Source: Ptychomitrium polyphyllum
Taxonomy: Eukaryota
Assembly: GCA_973851085.1 (NCBI GenBank)
Contig: OZ316775.1
Span: forward strand, 1,798,001-1,862,000
DNA: 64,000 bases
Direction: 5' to 3'
The stretch's first letter is position 1; each line of letters opens with the position of its first letter. Position numbers and translations under genes: made by a program. Shown in pieces: positions 37,001 to 50,100 of the stretch. The notes beneath the pieces are model-generated. The model searched no databases, was not told the origin of the DNA, and saw only the letters and a program-made list of their open reading frames with translations.

Positions 37001-39638
37001 TGTATACACTCCACTAAAAGCACGGGATCATTCCATATCCGTGAGTTATTCACTTTACGCTTATCAAAATCAAGAAACGCAAAGACGGGTTTCGTGCGAA
37101 TGGGAACTACAAAACCTGTGTGTAGGAGGCAAAATAGCCCTGCGATTCAAGTATTTGCTCAGACTCTACGAAATTGGCAACGTTGCCATCTAGATCAGCA
37201 CCCCTTCGCCACATCCGTGTGCCTAATCAAAGTGTTTAGAATCAGTAGAACTAGTTGCAACTAATTATACCAATGTATTGTAATCTATTAATCCATGAAG
37301 TGTCTCAACAGTTCTCACATGTTCATAGTGAAAGAAAACATCAGGATACAGAACATGCACTTAAGCAAATCAAGCACTCACCAGCACGCCTCATGGAACG
37401 TCTTCCAATCAGCGATACCTTGACTGGTTTGCCTTTTGCAACTGACTCAATAGTTTGAAAGCGTTAACAGTAGTCAAGAACTCACAAGTGCACATATAAT
37501 GACGCTCCTTCAGACTAACTTCAATCATTCTAATTCACCCAGAACTCAGAACGAAGTGACTAGATCCTCCGGTAATTTTAAGAAACTAAGCAATGTCAAG
37601 AAGAAAGTTTAGACACATACGAGAACATTACTTACATCCCTAAGCTTAAAGAATAGTACAAAAGATCTCTATACAGACACGCTTTTACCACATCAAGGTA
37701 GTAAATATGAAGGTGAAACATATGAAGTAAATCAGTAGGATATTGCCTTGGATCACAGGAAGAATATAAGGCTCCATCTGCAAAACCCCAACAAAACACA
37801 GAAATCATTACATAGAGACGTTTAAAACACGAACAGTGAAAGGTGACCAGCACAACAGATAACCAACGGCATTTGGAGTTCAGTAAACTGCGCACCTTCT
37901 GGGCAATCAACTCCTGCATTAACTGATTGTTCCACAGGAACCTGTCATCGGCCTGCTCAGTCGAACAAACCTGATCAGCCAAAATTTCGTAGAGAGTGAC
38001 CACAAACTTCTAGCCTAGAACAGATTCATCACAAACCAAACCTCGATACACTGGCATCACATCTTCCACATGAGCGTCTATTCAAGGCTTGGTAGGTTGT
38101 AAATATACATGTTTCCATAAAGATGGGCGATCTGACATGGCAACAGCTTGAAACCTCTCTGCACTGCAATCAAACAGCCATAGTCTGATCAATACGTTGA
38201 AGTCCAGAATTCAGAGTACCTAGTGAATTTCCAGCTTTTCAAACTCAAATATCCAGGCTTATGGAAAGATCAATAAGACTTAGTCAACCACAAGTATACT
38301 GGAAATCAATGCCAGAAGTACAAGCCATTACACAAGATGAGACAGCATTGTTCTCCTGTAAACATTCGATTCAAAAGACGTTGGTCTTTCATTCTTTCAT
38401 TTGAAGGACAAATTACATGCGGAATACTTAGTTGTTAGGAATACTGTGATATGTTCAGAATCGAAATAACAGGGCCACTCAAGAAAAGCAATACTGCAGC
38501 ACAATCAAAGATCAAATGTATTGTCTGTAGAATCACTCCCACGTTCGCAACTACAAAAGCGGAACAGACGATAGTTACGACACATGGAAAAGAAGCTTTG
38601 TCGCAAAATATGGACTAGCCTCGCAAAGGATACCAACTTACTTCAATGTCAGATCAACATCATACGAGAAATAAAGCCCAGGAGTCGATTGCAGTGTCTT
38701 CAGTAAGTGCACGAAGTGTGCCTCATCCTTTTTCTGCATTAATGATATATAGTGAGATCACAGCACTTAGTAAGGTAGTGTAAGGAGCGAATAGGAGTTA
38801 ATTTGCAAAATAGGTTAAAGAGTAAGAAAAAGCAATGTACCTCTTCAGGAGTTGCTTTATGAAGGTTGTTGTTGCAGGGTAGAACTTTCAGAGAAGTCAC
38901 ACGGTAAATAGGGTGGCCTTTATACATGCCCAAAGACTGGCGACCAGTAATTACAAGTGCATAAGTTCCTGAAAGCACCAGACAAAGCACATAACCGCGA
39001 GTCAACACAGCCCCAATATAGGTGCAACGCCAGTGGACTCGGGCACATGCCTTCGCCGTTCATAGTTCCATCTTCCAGATTTGACAAAAGACGAAAGGCA
39101 CAGTGGACCTTCTGGAACAAGGTTCGACAATAAAATTGAGGAATTTTTTGGTCCTGTCTAATCATCAACGCATTACTCCAACTAGCAGCAACGTCTATCT
39201 TAAAGGTGACACCTTAAAATTCGTAAAGAGCCCATACACGAAGACAAAACAGTGTGTGATGAGATAGTTCTTTGCATGGAGCATTGCGACTTACCTGCAA
39301 CAAGACGGAGAATTCCCACTAACCCGAACACAATTTGCGCATGTGGTACATTGGAGTCTGGAAGCTGACCTGCATCACCATAGTTCATACATATGACCAA
39401 GACTAGCACAAATCCCACTGCTCCCAAAACAATGCTCCGGATACATATACGACTACAAGTAATATACTGAGGTTTACTCACTCATGTACTTCAAGTCACC
39501 GCTGGAACGATCTATCGAAAGAAACTGAGTAGCATGGGAATCGGTGGGTTCCAAGACATATTTGTCTGGAAGCTCCCAGAGACGCATCCGCGTGCACAGC
39601 TTCTCGATTCCACTAAAATCTCCCATCTCCTTGTCCAT
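34030..39638 (-). CDS. SAC: Sac1-type phosphoinositide phosphatase (plant SAC6/SAC7/SAC8 class), many exons
   Basis: Start MDKEMG...[17 protein letters not shown]. Motifs [50 protein letters not shown], catalytic CX5R(T) in [39 protein letters not shown] and [15 protein letters not shown]-terminal hydrophobic segments; ends RPRLCKLE* (TAA 34032-34030). Confidence 0.93.
37463..37743 (-). other. U12-type AT-AC intron in the SAC gene
   Basis: Exon end CAAGGCA, intron ATATCCTA...TTCTTGAC.TACTGTTAAC, exon start GCTTTCAAACT. Splicing gives IQG-SFQTIE in frame. The branch motif ends ~10 nt before the AC. Length 281 nt. Confidence 0.9.
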
Positions 39639-42300
39639 TGTGGATCTGCCCAGAAAAATACACATGAGCTTAACGGACGACGTTAGAAAATTCAGACCTG
39701 AATCGGTTCCAAAGCAGATGCACACGAAACAAGTAAACACGCACACTTCTTCAACTCATCGAGAACGTTACAATCCAATTCACACGTATCCCCTCAAAAA
39801 AACAACTCAATCCCTCAAATCTCTAAGTCTTGCAACTCCACCTCATATCGGCAAACTCAGCTAACCAGGTCACTCCAATTTGCAACCCTCCTACCAAACT
39901 CAAATGTTGCCTGGTTTCTCGATATACCAGCCCTACGAAACCCTGATCACGGGGGCCCCCATACTGCGATTGTGCCTAAAATCCTTCCCGAAGCAAGTTG
40001 TCCTCAAAATCTCCGCCCAGGAAAACCAACGCCACCTCAACTCACTCACTCACCATAAGAGTGTATTCACCTCGAGCAGCAATGAAAAAGTAACGGAATG
40101 AAAAGCTCAACACCCAATTGTCCAACTCCGAAAACGAAAACGAAGCAATTAGTTCAAACTAAAAAAAAAAAATTAAAGGAAAAAAGAAAGACCTCGCATC
40201 GTAAGGGACGCCACAAGTAGGAGCACCTATAGCCGTACCTAACCTACAGATGCTGAAACCCTTCTCAGAGACCTGGCCACAGCTAACTGCGTTCTCCACA
40301 CCTCCGAAACCTAACTGATTGTAAAGCCCCCGAGGTTTATGGCCGTGAGATCTGAGGATGCGAGCGAGAGAAGCCGAGAGAGAGAACACACAACACAGCA
40401 CACATGGTGGAATAAGAAAACTTTTGCACTCACCCCAGCAGTGGCACGGCTCCCACTGCAAGACCCGATGCAACGCGACGCCGGTGTGGGAGACGAAGGC
40501 AATCCGTGCACTGTGCGAGGAATCTCCCTGCCTTGTGTGTGTGCCTTGTGTCGAAGAACCGCCGCTTCTCTTCTCTCTCTCGCGCGCGCTCTCGGCCGAC
40601 TCCTGTGAAGCGTACAAGTCAGGTGAACAAACGAATGTCGTCCAATTCTCTACTTTCATCCAATGGATGCCAGATCTGGAACGAACGATGCCGATTGGAC
40701 GTCATCTGAGTCGTCGTACTTTTTCGTTGGCTTCTGGACGATCCAGCGGTCGCACAGCTGAACCGATGTCTCAGCTTTCTGCAGAACGTTCTCTGGCACA
40801 GATGCCAGTTTTGAATGTTCATGACATATCATACATACAGTGTGCAAATGATATATTTTGGAGTGTGGTGGGATTTTTCCTCCTCTGCTTTGTTAGGAGC
40901 AATGAGTTTTGGTTGCTGTAGAGGTGTGGTTATGGGTGTTGAGAGTTATAAGCTTCTTAAATTCACATGCAAAAATGGTAACATTTTGATGACACTCAAT
41001 TTCATGCATGTAGGAGTTGTAATGATTTTGTACCATTAATGTTGTATTCTCCACCTGTCAGCTTTTAAGCCACGTCATTGTTAATAATCACTAAAATGAA
41101 AGTAATTTAATCTTGCATTTAACATCTTTAGAATACCACTTTAGTTCATTTGGATTAAACTAACATGTTGGAGAACCACTAATGGTGCTATTAAATGCAC
41201 ATATTTCATTTGAAATGGAAAAATACTTAAGAAATATAAAAATATGTACTTTCTAAAGAAGGGCTTGCAATACCTTTATAATGCATTGGAATTTTAAGAA
41301 TCGAATTTTATACTAAAGCTACATTAAATTTTGACAATCCAATTTTTTTATTCTTAATGCATATGCAAGCCATTTATGGTATTCAAAGAGTGGAGCAAGT
41401 CATTGCAATTATTTTTGAGACTTTGAATTGTTGATATTGTAGAATCAATTGACATTGCAAATTTGATTAGTATTTCAAAGGTTTAGTAGTTTGATAAAAG
41501 AAAACTACATCAATGCTGTTGTTGCAGGTTTGTAAATAATAAAATTAAGTTTTTGACTATATAAATGTCACAATCTAACATCGTATACAAAACAAACAAC
41601 TCAAGGTTGATAATAGTAAATGAGTCATCTTAAACATGTTATTTTGTACTTTTGATTGTAAGATTGTTAATTGTCTTGTATTCAATGCTTGAAATTAACT
41701 TGCTTTTACAAACAAATTTGGCCCATCATAATAACCATCATAATGCTTTTGAAAATACAAGGTGCAATTGAAGCAAATGACTAATGGCAATATTAGATGA
41801 TCAAAACATCTTAAATCATTACATTAATTACAATAAAAACCAAATTCAGTACGCTTGTGATTATTAAGAAGTAAACTAAAATGCATAATCTAGTGCTCAT
41901 TGAACCTATTTTATAGCAATAAGAGCCTAAAAAATGAAAGAGGCAAAAAAAAACAAAACAAAAAAAAAAAAAAAACCTAATCACCTACACCTACAACCAC
42001 ATTCACCATCCCATCCATAAGAAATCGCATCGTCCAAAGTCCAAGACTCCACTTCAGCAATGCAGCACCGAAAATACTCCGGAGTTTCGTACGCTACAGA
42101 CCAACATTCGAAATACACACACAATACAACTGAATACAATCCTTAAACTTGGGCGTACACAGCATCTGAGAACCCCGCAACGAGGCGCCCGGAAGCGGTG
42201 GCAGTACGCGAGAGGACGAGACCCGCTAACGAGGGAGTGAGTCAGCAGAGGCGGTGGGACCCACCACCGCAGACCGTGCGGACGGAGAATGGACCCGTGC

Positions 42301-42430
42301 ATTATTATTATTATTTATTATTATTATTATTGTTATTATATTAATTATTATTATTTGTTCTATTATTATAATACCATTATACCATAACAATAATAAAAAT
42401 AATTATTGCTGTTGTCGTTATTATTATTCA
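42301..42430. repeat. (ATT)n/(AAT)n trinucleotide low-complexity tract
   Basis: Long imperfect attattatt.../aataat run, which produces a spurious poly-Ile ORF. Confidence 0.9.
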
Positions 42431-42582
42431 TCGGAGTGGCACCACCATCGCCTTCGCTGGCACCAGGTGCATCAGGGGCGGAGGGCCGAGGACGGAGAGC
42501 TGGCACGCTTGCTTGCTTGCTTTGCCAACGACGACCCATGCGGCGCTGTCTGTGGTATGCGTGTGTGTATGTATGTGTGTGT

Positions 42583-42806
42583 GTCGTCTGTTTCTCCGTT
42601 TCATGGCGAGCCTGGTTGCCCATCGCTGTGTCCGTGCGTGTGGCAGCTGCTGTCAGCCCACTGCGTGACCATCTCTGCACCTAGCGTGAGGCCACTGTAT
42701 GTTCGGGGAGTACATGCACTTGCTGATGCTCCTCGTCCACCCTGGATGCTCACTGCAGGACTTTTAGGGCTCTCGGGGGGCGTGGCCATGGAGAGGGATC
42801 AGCGGC
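42583..42806 (+). ncRNA. Putative structured RNA element upstream of, or in the 5' leader of, the DeSI gene
   Basis: Nested complementary segments seen by eye (listed in findings). It is a high-complexity GC-rich island between two GT-rich microsatellites. Confidence 0.4.
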
Positions 42807-42885
42807 GTCACGGTGTGGTGGGACTCTGACAGTCGGGCATTTCAGGGCTAGGCTCGATGATTGCGTGACTGCGTGAGTGAAGAAG

Positions 42886-42927
42886 GTGCGTGTGCGTGTG
42901 CGTGTGCGTGTGCGTGTGTGTGTGCGT
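42886..42927. repeat. (GTGCGT)n/(GT)n microsatellite
   Basis: gtgcgtgtgcgtgtgcgtgtgcgtgtgcgtgtgtgtgtgcgt. Confidence 0.9.
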
Positions 42928-43487
42928 GGGCGTGCTTTGATTTTTGGAGTTCCTCCCTTACCATCCCCATCCTTGTACTCGTGTATCGGTATCGTATTTT
43001 TCTCTGGGTTGTTGTTGTTGTTGCTGCTGTCGTCGTCGTCACTTCTTTGTTTTTGCGAGATTATACGAATGAGTGTTTGGATCTTTTGTCGATGTTGTGC
43101 GGCTTCCCTAGGTTTGGTTTGGACTCGCAGGGTTTGGTAGGTTGAAGGTTGGCACTGAGAGAGCTCCGTGCAACCGGACACTTAGTTATGAGGAGATGGG
43201 TACTCTGTTGGGGGAAGTTTTGGAGCTTTGGTTGTTGTGGTTTTTGGATGTTGAGAAGTTTTGAATGAGGGTGATCTGTAGGTTAGGGGAGTTATCTGAT
43301 CACTTGAAGCGCTTGTGGTGCAGGTTCAAATCAGTGTTGGTACGTGTGTTATGAGTGAGGGTTAGAGCTTCACGGCCGAGTGCATTTCATCATGGTTTCG
43401 AAGCCTCTGGGATGATGACCTAGCAAGTGCCGTCTGTGTTGGCTGGTTCTGCGAGTTGAGGTTCTGGGAGTGGGAGAACGGTGAGCT

Positions 43488-45026
43488 ATGGCAGAGGTGA
43501 CCTTGCACGTGTACGATGTCACGAACAGCGGGAATGTGCGCGCGAACTCTGCCATTATGAACCTGAATAAGGTCATGCGCGGCGGTATTGGGTTGGGTGG
43601 CATCTTCCATGGAGCTATAGAGGTTGGTCTTTTCTTAGATTACGGCGCTGTTGGGCTATACGTTGTGCTTGCATGTGCTCTGAAGTCTGGATATATAGTC
43701 GCTCTTGAATGAAATAAGTTTTAGATCCTGTATGAGGAGGGATCTTGAACCAATAACACTTATGTGCTTCTTGGACTTCTTGGGACGTTACCGGGTGCTG
43801 TCATTATTTTGTGAGGGGGTACAGTTGAGCTGCTCAAAAGATCGTGAGCTACATTCGTTAACTATAGTCTGCTATAGAAAAGGTTTCTGGAAACTGCAGG
43901 ATTTGATTAAACCTTTTCGAATTTTGCATCTGAAGATGTGATATTGATACTGCATTGTATCCACACACAATTCCGAGGTTTACTGATTCGCGTCAAATAT
44001 CTGCTGACAGGTTTACGGAAAGGAATGGTCATTTGGGTACTGTGAGAACGGGAGTGGAGTCTTCAGCTGTCCTCCAAAAGCAAATCCCATGTATACATAC
44101 AGAGAGAGCGTTCCATTAGGAAAGACTGAATTGTCTCGCTTGGAAGTACAGAAAGCTATACAAGAACTTTCGCTAGTTTGGACTGGCTCTCTCTACGACC
44201 TTCTTTCGCGTAATTGCAACCATTTCTGCGATGCGTTTGTTGCCAAGCTTGGCTCCGGAGTTCAGAAATTGCCACGTAAGTGTTGAGCATTACTTAAGTG
44301 AATCATATTTCACTCTTTGACCTTTTGAAATCCGTTGACATATATTCTACGTATGAAATAGCAATATACTACGTATTAGACTTAACGTGAAATCAAATTC
44401 GGAGATATTGAACTTGTTAGTCACTGTGGTGACTAACTGTAGTTTGTGGACAGTGTGGGTGAACAGATTTGCAAATGCCGGTGACGCTGCAATTGAAGCT
44501 GCTGAAAACACCATGGAAAAGGTATGAAGCACTTCAGTTCTGTTAGTACCTGAATTTTTATTTTTTAAATCTTTAAATTGGTTTTCAGGACTGTTGCTGA
44601 GATTGGTAGACATGAGTTTCAGCTGCTTTGAACTTGTGTCTTCAATTAAACACTATATTGACGACCTTGTTATATGTTTGTAACGTGCAGTTGCGGCAAG
44701 CTAAAAAGGAGGTGTTGTCAGTGACTAAGACTGCTATGAGCTTTATGTTTGGATCTGGCTCACCAACATCAGGAGGTAGCTTAGGGTCGACAGATCCCGG
44801 GAGTAATTCCGGTCGTCGTGTCTCTCTCATGGGAAGCCCATCGAGGTTATTATCGAGAGGTTCTCCATCTTCTTCGCAGAATGGGCATAGTGAGCGTAGA
44901 CAATCAAGTGACTCCACAGAGCAGCGCCCTATTCTACTTCCTTGGAAAGAACGTGCACTGTCATCTTCTTCCTTAGACAGCCCAAGCCAGAGCCCTCAAA
45001 AGCCTAACGACTCTCCATCTCAATAG
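43488..45026 (+). CDS. DeSI/PPPDE family putative thiol peptidase (desumoylating/deubiquitinating isopeptidase)
   Basis: Exons ~43488-43623, 44011-44275, 44454-44521, 44691-45026. Motifs VTLHVYDV, GGIFHGAIEV|YGKEWSFGYC (catalytic His), YDLLSRNCNHFC (catalytic Cys) and WVNRFAN; Ser-rich tail. Confidence 0.93.
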
Positions 45027-47108
45027 TTACTGCAATTGAAATTGGTATCTAGTGGAGCTTTAAAATACATCGTGATACGTGGACATGTAAACAATAAAAG
45101 CTAGTCATGTTTCTTGGCCCTTACTCATCAGCAGCTGCTTCGAAAGCATACTAACTTTTACAAGGAGGTCCTCTGTTAACCTGTCAGTCTCTGAAGACGG
45201 TCCTTGTTTCTAGGTTGCTAAGTCTGGGAGCATCCATTTTGAGTGAATTCGCCACTGCCGTGTACTTGTCGGCATCTTCATGGGTAAACTATTAGGCCCT
45301 GTCATGCAGCGGGAGGTGGTTTGTTGGAGAAGATGCCGTGCCTTAATGAAGCAGCTATCACGACTCTTCTGTGATTTTACAAAGGGCTGCCACGATATTA
45401 CACTACAATGGCACTGATGTGGCCAGGAACTCTGGCTCCGAGGTAGTCATCTGTTTTACATGGCCAACTTAGTACAGATTGTTTCTGCCATTACTTTGGA
45501 GATGTATTTTGTAAGCAGCAAGGACTGTGAGATTAGGTGTCTGCCACCATTCTCTATTCTAAACTGGTATATGGTATTGCACCAACCGAGGCTTGAGCTC
45601 TTGCCGTGAATTAGATGTGGCATTGAAACTCTTCTCCAAATACAATTGTTATGTTTTGTCTATAACAGTACTTCAAGCAAGTTTGTGCGGGAGGAGAATT
45701 TCGTAAAAATTCTTAGTACAGGTTTAAAACATGTGGCCGTTGTGTTATCTCAGTAGCATTATGCCTCAATCAGCATCAAAATCCTAGAGACGCAGAATTT
45801 TCTCTTCTTTTTCTTTGTTTTCTTCATTTTCTTTTTTGGCCCAAATGAAGAGTTTCATTGATTATACACGAGGTGCATATGGGGGCTGTAACAACTAAAG
45901 AAGATTAGCTTTGGAGCAAGGCGAAGCTACCATTTAACTCAATACAAAAATTATAAGGAGGCTCCAGTGAATCCTTCCTCTTACTTTAAGAGGTGTAGAA
46001 TTCTTACTGTAGCTGAGTTTTTCTAACAATTGTCTCGTGAGGTGTTTCTTTAACTTATAAATAAATGCCACATTTGTTTCACAAAATCTCAAAGCCCCAT
46101 GTTATTGCAAAGTATGCTTTGTTTCCTTTCCGAAATTTTATTCTAATGGATATCTTAAGCTTTTTTTCAAATTTGCTATGTGGGGTTCTTGCAAGAACAT
46201 TTCTTGAGAATTTGACACTACTTCAAATTTTCCACCAAAAAATGTGTTTTCAATTCCATTGAATCTCAAACTTTCTATCTTATTCACCAAAAATTGTTGA
46301 AGTTTGTATATTGTTTGCAAACGAAGCATTTTGAAGTGTGGTAGTAGTATGTTGTCCTCCATTGATGTATCAAAAATCTATCTAAAATTATGTTGAATTG
46401 GTAGGTAGTGATTGGCAGCTCTAATTTAAAAAGGTAGGTAATGGTTTCAAATCAAACGAGAGAATGGAAGGCAGATTCGAAAGCTGCTGATGGAGAAAAG
46501 ATGATGGGAAGTAGGATTGTGAAGAGTTATTTCCACTTTTAAAAGAGCTCATGTTAGCAAATCATCTTGCATTAAGCAAGTTGTGATGGAAAATATTATC
46601 ATCTACGAAGAAAGCTGTACATCTTATATGTCGTTTCGTCAATGGCTACTTTTCCTTGCATATTCAAAACAAAGATTGGTTCCAATACTTTCCTTGAGAA
46701 ATGAAAATTACAGATTCTTATAAATGTCATGGAAGAGCATGGACCACAAGATATTTACTATAAACTGTAACCTTGCTATTCATGTAGAAGTCACATGTCA
46801 CTTGCCATATGAATACACTAAATGTTCTTGTATACCTCTCCAAGTTTTATCGTTGAAGCAATTACCTGATCACGAGGATGAGCAGAATAATCCCAGTGTC
46901 GAAGATACTATCCAAGCTGTAGATTCCATACAGCTGCACCTACAGAGACAAAATTCTGAAGGTAGAGATGTAACCAGCTACTCTCTATTATTCAAGTAAC
47001 GTTACAAGAATAACAAATTGTTGTGATATCAAGGAAGAGCTGAGGTGCTCAAGGACCCGCTATCTTTGGAGCTCTCGCACATGAACAACAGAAAAGCTGT
47101 CTGACAGC

Positions 47109-50100
47109 TCAAGGTGAATGCTTGAGAGAACCAGAAGATCTCCAAATTCTGCCTTCAAGAGAAATAACCATTACTGAAACATCATCATGGTACTTGCGGC
47201 GATCACCTTGTGGGATATCCAGAAGCTCATTCAATTCCATTCCTGCATTTTCAGACAAGGATCCAATTCTAGATTTTAGAAAACCAGTCAAGGAACTAAA
47301 TACACAATATCCCATAAACAACGACCATAGCATTCTAAGTGAGCTGAAACGTAGCATAATCAACAGATTAGTGTATACCATTCTTCTTGGCAGCTCGGAA
47401 GAGAAGCTCCTCAATAAGACGTTGTGCTGGATCTCCATCAGGGCACCTTTCCATAAACCATTCCACATGAGATACAACCTCCTCATTCGTTAAATACTGG
47501 TACAACCCATCTGATGAGAGCACCAAAAACCGGTCTTCTGGCCCAAGCTTGTGATGCCGTAGACACGGATCGCAACTAATATACGGATCGTTGCCAATAA
47601 ACTTGCATCGGAACATCTCAAAGAGAACATTGTTCAACCTAGGCTGAATCATTCCACCACAGCACACCACAAACACACTCACATATCAGCAGTGTGAAAC
47701 ATTGGTCAGTACTCTGTGAATCTGAGGACGCCTGGTTTCATTATTCCTCTTCAACAAAAGGTCAAGTTGGGATAAGAGCATGAAAAAAACTCTGAAGACT
47801 TGCATGATAAGAAGAAAGCCTGCAACATATATATTCAAGATGGATAAAAAACCTGTTTTAAAAATCCAGCGCCAAATGCACGAGTCACTTTCAGTCTCCC
47901 TTTCACTCGATCATTTGAGATTATGTCATCATCAAACGGATGCTCTGCTCTTAATCTTTGCACTTCCTATGAATCAATGACAACCAGAAAAACGTTATGT
48001 GTCAGTGTCTTACTCAAAAAAAGAGGGCAGTACAGAAAATCAAACTACAAACAGATAACCGAGAGATAAAGTTTCACCTCTTCAGTGCTGGTACTATGAT
48101 CTGATGTAAGCTGCAAGGCACCTAATAGTGAGAGTCCTGGTGGAGGCGGTCCAAGATTGGGATCATGGGTCTCCAGGGCCTCGATCTCAGTAGGGGTTTC
48201 TTCAATGATTCTCTCCAGCTCTTGACGTAACAAGGAGTCACGAGCACCAATCCGTTCGTGCTCATCTACTGGTGCTTTGTAGCCATTGAGTTGGTTACGG
48301 GCAAGTTTAGAGAGAGAATTAAAAGACCCTCGTCTGCAGTCTTGAGCTACGATTGCTCGGCTATCTCCAACATTCAGAATATATACATCCTCATCCTTCA
48401 TAAGCATCACCAATACACAAGATCCCATCAACGCCAGTTCTGGATTCTCGTCTAGAACCCTGTGTCATAGAGCCCATTGTGAATAAAACATCATATAAAT
48501 ACCAAAAATTACAACAAGCAAAAGGTAGGATGGTTTAAATGCCAAACTTCAGAACAATGATACAACTCAATGGAGCCTAAAGAAGATAAAGCTAGGGCAC
48601 ACGCACAAAATTGGCTTTTCCACAACACTTTGAAAAATCCATAGAACAAGGGATCTCCAAAATGAGGAAAAAATGTATACCTGTAAGTCATATCCAGGTA
48701 AGCTTCTTCTGTAGCTTCCAAAGCACGGGAGAGAGCTTTCAAAACAGCATCATGATCTACACTGTTATTTTCCATCTCTTTCGCTTCCTCCTTGAGCCGA
48801 AGTTTCTCTCTCAGCCGCTCTTCTTCCACAAGCCTCTCCTGTTCCCACTCATACCTACCCGCAGATTCACAACGTTAACACCGATGCCGGTTGACTCGCA
48901 TTAAAAAGCAAGATTTATGGCATAAAGTGATCAGAAAAGGCAGAGGTTGAGTCTCAAGACAAACAGGATTACCTCCATTGCGGATACTTTCGGTGCTGTT
49001 CTCGACGTCGATTATGAAGGACTTGCAATTTCATGTTAAGAATGCTATGATCTTTTACGGGAGTATTTTCAGCCAAGTGTACATTACTAGATCCTACTAG
49101 TTCAGGTGTGTCCACCTGAGAAACAATGCTCGACAAATCTTGTTCAGTAACCCCCTCCGTGTCTATTCTATCCTCAACCGGTTTCCCTTCTTGTTCTAAT
49201 CCTAGGCCTAAATCGCACTTAAATTTCCTTGCACTAAAGTCACATTTTAAATGTCCCTCCGTGTGTTTCTCTAAGTGCTCCAGTGGGTGTTTTTCGTCAC
49301 CATGATTCACAATCGTATCTGCCTCACAACTAGGTTGCCCAAGGCAGTAGTTCGTATTACCAGGTCTCAAATCTACAACATCAGCAGTTTTCTCTGACGG
49401 CCACTCAAGATGATTACGTGCTTGACAGCCGTTCCCTCCAAGGCCCTCCTTCCCATCTCCCCCAACTTCTTCCAGAGCAGATGTTCCCGAACTACTTAGC
49501 TCCTTCAGACCAGACTGCAAATTATTCATACAACCCTTTTGGCCTTCCGGCAAAGGATCGGATCTGCAAGACTGTCCTAAACGACCTATAAAGTCCCCAC
49601 CAGCCCTTCCATCCTCTCCTGAGCGGCGAGCATTTTTTGCGCCCGGAACATCGCCTTCTCCGTCACCCAGACTACCATCGCCAAGTTCAAAAGCACTCTT
49701 CTGATTCCAGAGAAGACCTTTGAGCTCCCTGTAAATAGCAGGATACAAGTTACTCATAAGGAAGTCAGGAGCATCCGGACCATTGAATCCATCGTATATG
49801 CCTACAAACAGCCACCCATGTTCTTCAGATAAGACTACGTGCACACGGTCCTCCCCCGCCTTCCCTTGAGCCCACTGAAGATTGTTATCATCTTTGATAT
49901 CTAAGTCAGAACCGGAAGAACCAGATTCGATGGGTGAGTCGAAGGAGTTGTGAGGGAAGTCTCGGTCTCCCTCTCTAGGATTGTCTCCCATAACAAAGTG
50001 TCTCACGGGAATTACTATGGTCCTCGTCAACGTGGCCGTCGTTTTGGACACTGTTCGAGCAATGGCTTTTCTCATGGGGAGACTCATGGATCTCACAAAC

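Noticed and set aside
42254..43181. Several long ORFs (191, 143 and 104 aa) upstream of DeSI
   Set aside because: They arise mostly from (ATT)n and (GT)n microsatellites and contain no recognisable domain.
45800..46400. Possible 3' remnant of a LINE (T-rich tract plus an HIFWW-like translation)
   Set aside because: Too degenerate to support; no reverse transcriptase or endonuclease motif could be read.
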